This document shows, piece after piece, positions 51,277 to 61,202 of a stretch of DNA of 64,000 nt; positions within the stretch are counted from its first letter, which is position 1; every line of letters begins with the position of its first letter. Position numbers and translations under genes: made by a program. The stretch is from Balanoglossus misakiensis (Eukaryota > Animalia > Hemichordata): NCBI GenBank assembly GCA_040954595.2, contig CM082578.2, positions 1,780,831-1,844,830 on the forward strand, given 5' to 3'. The notes beneath the pieces were generated by a model that saw only the letters and a list, made by a program, of their open reading frames with translations, was not told the DNA's origin and did no database searches.

Positions 51277-52217
51277 ATAAACACGCTCCTGAAGTCATTT
51301 ACTGTCCCAATACGACCCGTATAATTAGTCCTAATAGCTTGACAACAGGAGTATGGCAGGAGCCTATATTTACAGATGATGTCGCCATTGCCAATGTGAC
51401 ACAAACCTACACAATGGGTAAGTTTCCTATAAAATATCATTTCTGATTATAGATAATATATAACATTCACACTAACTAAGTTTTTTTTATCGGGGTGGGG
51501 TGGGGAGTTGATCTAAACAGAAACCAACAAGCTGAGACAACTTTCCTAAGATTATGGTCAGTATGAAGCATACTGGTACAGTTTATTCTTGTGGCCGTTA
51601 CTCATATATGGCTAGCACATCCTATGTGCGACAGATGATCTTGCTTCCAAGTATTAAAGCCTCAATTGCTGATACTATTACCATATGTTTATAGGCCCTT
51701 TCCTCGATCCCAGGGCAGTACAATGAAGTTAAAACTCGAAAGCATTTGTGTTTGCACGTAATTGTTTATTGGAAACAAAAGATTTGACCAACTGTTGAGC
51801 AAGGCCTTTAATCAGTAAAGTACTTAATATTCTCAACTACTACTGGGGATACCCATACCACAAATGTTGTGTTCTCTTACAATGGGCAGTTGAATAAACG
51901 TGTGCGGCACCATATCTGTTTAGTATACATATCTTGTTCATGTTTATATGTACAGTCACAATCAGGAGTTGATAATATGCCTGTGTATACCCACCAGATA
52001 GCTCACTTAAATGGACCATTCTAAGTTTGAAAAGAAAATCATGAAAAACATTCAAGAAACGGAAGCTATTTTGGCTTTAGCACCCATGCCTGTAATGATG
52101 TGCATAATTTTTTTCTTACAGGTGACACCTTTTCCTGGGGAACCTACCAGATCAGCTATGTTGCTTCAGATACAGCTGGCAACAATGCACAGTGCAACTT
52201 TTTACTCTATGTACTGC
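51277..52217 (+). CDS. HYR domain exons, copy 2 (open)
   Basis: 51277-51417 and 52122-52217 (GDTFSWGTYQISYVASDTAGNNAQCNFLLYVL). Confidence 0.85.
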
Positions 52218-53792
52218 GTGAGTGAATTTTTTTATCATTCATACATAAACTTTACAAATTAATTAATATCTTGACAAATTGTCATCTCTACCCCTTGTTA
52301 TGTCTTGTCACATACTGTAAAACAGGACATTTTCGTGACAGAAAATATTTTGCAATATATCAAAAGAGGCAACTGTGACACGAGAATTAAATTTCCGCAT
52401 TCTAGTATTTTACTAACTACTCTGGTATCTCTGAAAAACATTTTATGCGACTTTATTTTCTTCTTCTTTTTTGCCGAAGTTTGGGAAAATTTGCCGTTTT
52501 ACAGTAATATGATTGCATCATTATCACTTATAACAACATCATTCAGAACATACAAGGACACTCAAACCCGTCTAAAACAAACCCTGTCTAATCGGGAAAC
52601 CTCTCTTCAACCAACAGCTTTTCCTAGTCCCTTTTACATAGAAACATGTTAATGTGTTGGTGTTCTGTTTACAAGATTTGACTGTGTAATAAATATGGGT
52701 GTCACACATACACCATTAAGACAGTTCTGAAGCATCTCAGAATTGATACTGTCTTAAAAAAACATGTGTGGACGGTGTAAGTGGTCCTGAAACGTCTCAG
52801 ATTTGAGATGGCTCTGCCAGCCAGACCTGAGCCGGTGTAAGGATTAACACCTCTCCGCAACCCATTGTCTATGGGGCCGAGCCTCAGCGCCCATACATAA
52901 ACTTTGATTGGATGACATTTTGCATTCCTTAGTTGACACACACAAAATGTTATCCAATGACGTGAAGTGTATTACACGGCAGAGACTACAATGTGCCAGA
53001 AGACAGTTCCAGAGTCATTTATTCAATGTTTTTTAACGAATTTGGCTAATTTGTGGCCGTGTGAAAAATATAATCTCACACACCAAAGACCTGGGATCAT
53101 ATTTCTCACGCTCATCAGGGATATTTTGTCCCACACTCGCCTGCGGCTTGAGTGGGACAATAAATCCCCAACTCATGTGTGAAATATGATCCCAGGTCCT
53201 TGGGGAATGGGAGATTCTAGTAACCCCACACTCTGGCAGATTTGAAAGCATTATATGTGCAATACATGGACAGAAACTTCAATGTGCCAGCAATCTAATT
53301 AGTATCAGATGTAGAGTTAGGCGCTTTTGATAGGTTTGGCTATTCTGTTCTCTTAGCTTTGGCTGTTCTGTTCTCTGACTTGGCTGTTCTGTTCTCTGTC
53401 TTGGCTGTTCTCGGGTGCACGCATCTCTTTCAAACAGAACAGCCAAGAATCAGCGAAAGTAAAGAAGGCGCCTAATTCTACATCTGATTTTAATCAGATT
53501 GATGTGCCAAGTGACAGTTACACGAGAAGTAGAATCTCAAACACCGAGGAACCTGAAATAAGATTTCTGACACTCAAACTAAAATATTGCATCTCACACT
53601 CACCTTTGCCCATGAGAAGAAATCTAACACCATATCCTTTGGGATGTATTAGATTCGGTTAATCTCCTACATGGGACGCAAGACCTGTAATTCATTTTCC
53701 ATAGCCAACAATGGGAGCTTTGAGCTAAATATTCCTATTTTATAACATTCAGCGAGCCAAATTCCATTGCATGGTTTTATCTTTGATGTTAT

Positions 53793-53943
53793 ATTCTGCC
53801 ATTATATTTTCCAAGAAATAAAAATGAGGAACAGTGGGCTGTCAGCAGATTACCAATTGATGTTGGCAACGAAACTGGGGAACCCATCATTGAAGAGAGA
53901 CAAATTCGAATCATGACAAATCCAGCAAAACCTTTTGACTCAG
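53793..53943 (+). pseudogene. GDAP2: Isolated GDAP2 exon fragment inside a Uif intron
   Basis: ILPLYFPRNKNEEQWAVSRLPIDVGNETGEPIIEERQIRIMTNP resembles GDAP2 LPLYFPRS...LPADIGNAEGEPVVPERQIRI. A donor GT is present but there is no acceptor. Confidence 0.8.
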
Positions 53944-54160
53944 GTGAAGTATTTGAGCCCCAGTAACTCTAACATTTGACTGTTTTTTCAGTATTTTTCT
54001 CCTGTGTCATTTTCTTCTTTTACTCTTTATAGCTTTTCAACAAAGTCTGTATATAAGCAACGGCCATTGTTATTGTAGAAAATGAATTCGAGTCTCGACT
54101 TCATTCAATTTTCATCAATAACAATGCAGATTACTACAAAAGGGCTGTTTTGAAATAATA

Positions 54161-54446
54161 TCCTAGTCCCTTTTACATAGAAACATGTTAATGTGTTGGT
54201 GTTCTGTTTAAAAGATTTGACTGTGTAATAAATATGGGTGTCACACATACACCATTAAGACAGTTCTGAAGCATCTCAGAATTGATACTGTCTTAAAAAA
54301 AACATGTGTGGACGGTGTAAGTGGTCCTGAAACGTCTCAGATTTGAGACGGCTCTGCCAGCCAGACCTGAGCCTGTGTAAGGATTAACACCTCTCCGCAA
54401 CCCATTGTCTATGGGGCCGAGCCTCAGCGCCCATACATAAACTTTG
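54161..54446 (+). repeat. Direct repeat of about 285 bp (matches 52622-52906 and 10868-11152)
   Basis: tcctagtcccttttacatag...catacataaactttg. Confidence 0.92.
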
Positions 54447-54726
54447 TGTGTGTGGACACAACATGACTCAAAGGATTAATGCTCTGTGGTTAGCACTGGC
54501 AAATAGTGTCTCAAATTTTACCCTGTGTGAACCTGGTAAAAGAGGCATTGTGCCCTAGTGGCTAGGGTTGTGGGTTCGTTACCTAGACCTGGACATTTGG
54601 GTAGTATTTGCCTCTTGGATGATATATGAGACACAGACATTTGGGTAGTATTTGCCTGTTGGATGATAGATGAAATAAAATTAAAAATATATAGACAAAT
54701 AAACTGTGTTCTCCTTTCTTTTACAG

Positions 54727-54833
54727 CATTTGATTGTAAAAAGCCAGCACCACCAGTTAAAGGTATTTCCATCTGTAATGAGTTTGAGTCGGGTGTATTC
54801 TGTCACGTGGATTGTTTACCAGGATACAAGTAA
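54727..54833 (+). CDS. Truncated CCP exon
   Basis: PFDCKKPAPPVKGISICNEFESGVFCHVDCLPGYK, then TAA. The second half of the domain is not found. Confidence 0.65.
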
Positions 54834-54869
54834 TACAAGAAAAAATGATTTGGTATCAGTAAAGAAATA

Positions 54870-55934
54870 CTGTATACCGTTTTATTTTTGCGAGCGATTT
54901 ATTTTTGCGACATTCGCGTGTACAACAAAACGCGAACTTTTTCCTTCGCAAACATATATACATTTCAGCTTACACACTGTACTTCTCACCTGACCTATAC
55001 ACACACACACGCACACAACAACAAGACGATACACCCGGTTCTTAATCAATACTATGTACATTTATTTTTAATTCAATGTTGGAAAAAATATAAAAGGAAC
55101 AAAAATAAATAAAGAGAAAATGATCATCTCATAAAGTGTGCTCCACATGAAACACGTAGCCTACGATTGCACAACTTTCACAACCGGCCGGGGCCAGGAG
55201 GGTTAACCGTACGACTCGGGCGGAAAATGGCGTTCACTTGGCTGGTTCAAGAAAGCAAGTGGCAGACAAAATAACAGTATTACCAAAAGTAAAATCATCA
55301 AAACAGTACAAACGAAAAAAATATTATGATATATTTACAATGATTACAAAATTAAAAATATTCACGGGGCCTTGATCGATACAAAATGGCGGCTATTCCT
55401 TACGAAAATTTACAAAGGCCAGAAGGTCAAAGTCCACCTCCCCCTCTCAAAGTTCTCGTAGTTAAATCTGTATTCCGCTAATAGCAGAAATTATAGATGA
55501 CTTTTCAAAGCCTTCAATGATGGCACCACGATCATTTCATAGTTTATCAAATGCTGATAAAAGCCAGTTCGAATGAAGCGGTTTCAGTGTCGACAAACGG
55601 AGATCCACTGCTACTGCACTTACATCAACGCCGTTGTCAAGGGCCTCTGCTACTTTGCGCGCATACCAGTTGTGGAATTCGTGTCCCAATGCTTCCTTGA
55701 ACTTTGCGTTGAAGGACAGGTCCAGAGGCTGCAATTCTGAAGTACAGTTCGCAGGGACAAACACAGCATTGATTCCCGAGTCACGGAGTTTCGCGAGACG
55801 TAGACGCTTAGCCTTATCACCGTTTTAACGCAATCTGATCGATTTCCTGTAAACGCAAACTTAAAACGCCGTAGAGTGCTACCTTGTTGCAAAATCGCAA
55901 AAATTTGTGATCGCAAAAATAAAACGGTATACAG
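54870..55934 (-). mobile_element. Internally deleted pogo/Tigger-type DNA transposon with a DDE_1 transposase remnant
   Basis: Perfect 24-bp TIRs CTGTATACCGTTTTATTTTTGCGA with TA TSD. The minus-strand ORF 55537-55764 (FVPANCTSELQPLDLSFNAKFK) carries the pogo QPLD motif. Confidence 0.85.
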
Positions 55935-56303
55935 TATAATCAGGTTGCACATGCACATTCAGAAAATTCTCCAAAGAGAGAGAGTTGTGAGAGGGGGTAT
56001 TCCAGCATTGAGACAATTTTCTTTTAGTTATAAATGAAAAGAGAAATATGAGTAATGCAAATTCTTGCTTTACAGTATGTCAAGGTTGTGATTACAGGTA
56101 GATAATTTGTTAACATCATATCTGCTTACCCCAATATAAAGCTCCAGTACATTTGAGCTATTTTCTTAATATTTTGTTCTGGGTAAGCAGCTGTAACTTT
56201 CCTGATTGGCTAAGCGGTTTCGCAGTCTAAGTCAATACATCGTTCGCTAGATTGAAAATTGCATCTTTAACAAAATTTGTTTGTTTGTATTGTTCTACTG
56301 CAG

Positions 56304-59300
56304 CTCCTGGGAAGACTCAACGTGGAGTGAATTGTGGCGTGTCATACAATTCACAGGCTGGTACATGTAACAATGGTGTCATCCAGCAATTGAGGATCAG
56401 TTTTATGAACACTATCAACTATCTGAATGATTTGTTTGGTATTTGTGGCGGTGAATGCAACTTTGTTGACCTTGAAATAACCTGCGGCGCCTCAAACCGA
56501 AGAAAGAGACAGGCTGATACTCAGCTTGTGGTTCAGTTCAGTTTCACAACCAATGCGTGAGTAGTAATTGTTATTTTTCGAGTATTTTATTCCCCTTCTG
56601 TTCTATTGAAATGACTTTGGTGACATGTCTAGGGTACTGATCCCAGGCTGTGTGAGGACCAGCTCTGTATTCCCTATACAGCTGGTGTTTGCATTATTGC
56701 AAAATATTCCATTCATGCAAGTGAAAACAAATTATTTTGTGTCTTAACACTCAAACATTTTCAGTTTTTGGCAACCCCATCATTTCTGCCCACCTTCCTT
56801 CATGTTGCGGCATCCTGTATTCTAAAGATTCATGCATTCGAAATATACTGCAAAACATGTTATTTTCGCGAGCAGTAAATTTCTGCAAAACATGCGCTGG
56901 TCAAAAAAACGTTAAAATAAAAAGTTGTGTAAAATGTTTTTGGAGATAATGATGCAGTTAGTGAAATACGAGAACTCGAAAATTCGTCCTCACGTAACAG
57001 TCGCCTCTTTTAATATCGCGAAAATTTCCTGTCGTGAAAACAACCCAGTTTACAGTACACACTTCTGGTTGGTATTGTAATGTGGCATATGTAAGAATTT
57101 TTTGCCTGTTGTTTTATCCATTAGCTCTGCTGATGCTGCAGCTGTAGTTATTGAAGATGCAGTCAAGAATGGTACTTTTGATACAGCTGAATATTCAGTC
57201 GACGCTGAGACATTACAAGTTGAAAGTACAATATTCTGTTCCAATGGTAGTGTTCTTGTTGGAGAAGAATGTGGTGAGTGCCTATTCTCCTCAGTTATTA
57301 TGTACTTTAACCCTTTCACTCCCAGTTTCCTCTATAGAGGTCAAACCTTACCATAGAAAACAATTGGTTTGGACTGAACCATGGTGGTGAAAGGATTAAA
57401 ACTGTGTCCAAAATTAATATTATAAAAAGGTGTAGATGTTAATATGTTTATATCGCCTGATATGACCTGTTAGGTGGGCCGTATTGCTGCGAGTGTGGTT
57501 GTGAGTCGCAGTGTACAAATCAAAGACAAGTGTGAGTGGTAAATACAACCCAACCAAGAGGTGATATAAGGAAATAATTGATTTGATATGCTCATACCAA
57601 GGAGGGACAAAGTCTCTTTTGCTGCCCTTTTTCCATTAATTATGTTTGATAGAAGACACAGTTAATGTTATTCTACATGTGGATATATAGTGAATCAACA
57701 TTCAACCACACACAACTGCCATCCCACTTGTAGACACAAGAGTGAAAAACTGGCCAAAATGAATGCTGTGTGTTACAATTGTAGTTGTGTTTTAAACCAT
57801 TAATGCATAATGATCAGTACATGAACAATGTATACATCTGCCTTCAACATTTTGTATTTCCACAGTATTGTGTCCTGAAGGGTCGTACCATGACACTGAG
57901 CTGAGTCAGTGCCATCCTTGTGCAATTGGATATTATCAACCCCTTGAAGGACAAACAGCATGCAATGCCTGTCCAAATAATGGAGTCACCAGGGGAAAGA
58001 GATCATTATCCATCTTGCAGTGTTTTGGTATGTATAACAGAAGGCAATATCTCCTCCTCGTCCACAGCCATAGCCTAGTATCTAGCCGTATTTTGTCCGC
58101 TTTGCTTCCAAAACTAGCGTCTAGCCTCACTCATGCCACTGGCCCGATAAAACCCCATACCCCTTGCCGGGAATTGTGACGTATATATCAAATTATTGTG
58201 GTGTGATCCAATATGGAAAGAATGACAATTGGAATGTTCATCTCTTTGGTTGAAAAAATAATTTTTCAACAATGATGTCTATTGCAGAGAGGTGCGATGT
58301 TGGTCACTACTTTGACAACGGGACTTCTCAGTGCCAAAGCTGCCCTATTGGATTCTGGCAATCAGAAGAAGGAAAGTTTGTGTGTGATACTTGCCCAAAG
58401 GGAATGCTTACATTAGTTGAAGGAGCTACTGATGAGTCACAATGTCAGGGTAGGTACTTGTGTTATTTGCTATTCTTGACTATCAATCACATGATCTGGC
58501 CATGTGACGTACCCATGGCGTTATCATTTGTAAGTGACAGGCAAGCAATATTTCGGCATCCAGTAAACTTTTTTCCGAGTAGGTTTTTACTTTAGAACCG
58601 CCAGATATGTAACATATTCAACAGTTTAACAAATTCACGTGAGTGAAAAGCAGATAATCGTGAATATCAAAAAAATTAATCTTCTCAATTACAGAGGTAT
58701 GTAAATCAGTGGGAGTCCAACTTAGTGTCAATGGGTCTTGTGAGTCGTGTCCCATGGGAACCTATCGATCAAATGCTGAACTTCAGCCATCTTGTATGCC
58801 GTGCCCATTTGGCTTCACCACAAGAACAGTCGGTTCAACCTTAAGTGAAGATTGTAATGTTCGTAAGTATTATGTATACAACTTTTCATGTTGTATCTCA
58901 ACTGTACTGAACTGAAGGTTGTATTATTGTGCCTCAGTTGTTCAGAATAATGATAGTCCTCCAATTTTATTCTATGCTATTTTTCCATTCCATCAACAGC
59001 TTACTGCAATGTTGGTTGGTACTTGAATCAGGAGTCCTATAGATGTGAGAAATGCCCTGTTGGAACATATAACTTTGAATTCAACCAGGATGCTTGTCAA
59101 CCATGCCCAACTGGCTACACTACAGGCAGAGAGGGTGCCCTATATGAAACAGAATGTGTTGGTAGGAATAATTTTTCATAATCATAGAACTGATAACATG
59201 CATGAAGTGCTTGTGGAGATCAACCTTAACTGTTCAATCTGACACAAACACTTCATTATAAGAAATTTTCTTCTTTATTTAGAGTATCATTTGATATGTT

Positions 59301-60293
59301 GTGTGATCCAATATTTTTATATAATTTAATAATGCTCCTATTTTAACACCTTTTCTGAAAATTTCACGGAAATAACAATATCGTAATACTGTTTTCTCAG
59401 AATTCTACATGTTAGGCTATGGAATGTGATAACCATGCACTGCATCTGGGTAGTCATCTAACTTAAAGGTATACAGTCACCTCCAATTTACAAACGCCCA
59501 TATATGGCTGAAATGGAGTATATGAGAGTTCTAAAGAACATATGGTGGCGCTCTTTTTTGCATGTGCCACCCACTGAAAATCTGTGATTGGCTAGATCTC
59601 CTTTTGCCATGGTAACTATAGCTAATTTTCCATAGGTGACCGTATACCTTTAACTGGTGATATGTATGAAGATCCCATAGTTTTATTTGGTGGTCAGTTA
59701 AAGACATTGCAAGAATTTTTGTTTTCTAGATGCACATGAATGTCGTCTTGGTCTGGATGACTGTCACCCAAATGCCACTTGCAGGAATCTTGTACCAGGA
59801 TATGAATGCACTTGCAAAACTGGTTTCACTGGTGATGGAATAACTTGTACAGGTATGTAACTATCTACAACTGAAATGTCAACAGAAATATGTACAGCTA
59901 AAACGTAGACACTACTGTTGATTTTATGCTCTTAAAGGGACAAAGTATCTCTCTTGCTGCCCTTTTTCCATTAATTATGTTTGATACAAGACACTGTTTA
60001 TGTTATTCACCCGGTACATGTGGATATATAGTGAATCAACGTTCGACAGCACACAACTTCCATTCCGTTTGTAAGAAATGAATCTACAAGTGGGTTTAGT
60101 TCTTGTCTAATACAAATGGTTCGTCAGGTAGAATAATGTGATGTGATTTTATTCTTGTGTCTAGACAAATGTGAAGGGTTCTGCTCAAACAATGCTGTTT
60201 GCATCAAGGACAGTGATGGCAATCCTGTTTGTGAATGTACTGATGAATATCAAGGTGAAACTTGCCGCCAGAGAATACCAATGCAAGTTAAAG
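56304..60293 (+). CDS. SEA-like domain with RRKR furin site, 4 Ephrin_rec_like, 2 EGF
   Basis: Exons: 56304-56556, 57125-57273, 57866-58027, 58288-58449, 58695-58862, 59000-59161, 59730-59852, 60165-60293. All are open and phase-compatible. Confidence 0.88.
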
Positions 60294-60560
60294 GTGTGTA
60301 TACATTTCTTTGTCTTTTAATAACTCAAGATTAAAAAACAATATTCACTAAAGTTTACACATTTGTTTGATCTACATGATTACAGTTTACGTTGTCTTGA
60401 AAATATTTGTGAAAATGGTGAAACTGCAACATCTGCAGTATAACTAGATTTTTGGTCAACTAACCATTTTACAATAGTTAAGCATCATAATGAATGGTTT
60501 TCTTGCTTTTATCATAGCATATCGCCCCCGTGACAAATAGAAATATTTAAACTCTTACAG

Positions 60561-61202
60561 ATTCCTCCGTTGACACAGCTGTCATCATTGGTGGTGTTGC
60601 GGGAGGTTTAGCGGCTGTGTTAGTGCTTGGTGTAATAATGTTACTCATGTACCAACGGTAAGTTATTTAGTATTACCAGAGTAGAATCGAGACAGCTGTA
60701 GAAATGTTGCCCATCAGAAAACTGGGAATTTACCTGTATCTTTCCATACATGCATGAGGCAACGTGAAAAATAATCTCATCTGTATCGTGGAAGCAAATT
60801 TATTCAAAGAGTTCATGCATAGACCTATTCGCGTATAGGGTAACTGCAGTGCATCATGGTATAATTTGCGTTCAACATGCATGGCGGCTAACAAGGCAAA
60901 GTCACGCGACCAGACCGCAAAGTGTCCAACAACCACCTGCGTTATTCTACAGTAGTAACCACATCACAACAAATCCCACATTGATGATGTTCAACTATTT
61001 GACATTCAGGTGTGCTCTTGGAGGAAAGAAACATCCGGGCTGGGAAGAACAAGAGGCAACTATGGATATCCATTTGTTTGATGATACAGATGATGTTGAT
61101 AGCAAGGCAGGGAAAAGTGTGGAAGATGAGGAAGCCTTCAGAGAAATCTATCACTACAATCCCATGTATAGTGGCGACAGTGGTAGTGCCAGTGGAAGTT
61201 AG
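60561..61202 (+). CDS. Transmembrane helix and cytoplasmic tail
   Basis: 60561-60657 reads AVIIGGVAGGLAAVLVLGVIMLLMYQR. 61010-61202 encodes an acidic tail with YHYNPMY and ends at TAG. Confidence 0.82.

Larger units (their letters stand above)
50779..54162 (+). repeat. Segmental duplication B, copy 2
   Basis: Partner of 9048-12297. Confidence 0.95.
24933..61202 (+). pseudogene. uif: Uninflatable-like giant type I membrane protein gene (CLECT-LDLa-CUBx3-CCPx4-EGFx2-CCPx4 with expansin insert-HYR-CCP-SEA-like // HYR-CCP-SEA-like-Ephx4-EGFx2-TM). As assembled it lacks its first exons and has an internal deletion at 50778/50779
   Basis: About 40 phase-compatible GT-AG exons. The domain order and the looped EGF (GYLLYANNGTGGFYLPPGETG...YTFNQSCV, 38021-38206) match remembered Uif. 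Lesions lie at about 49081 (1-nt loss), about 49136 (donor lacks G), 50779 (junction) and 54831 (stop in CCP). The gene could be functional but misassembled. Confidence 0.65.
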
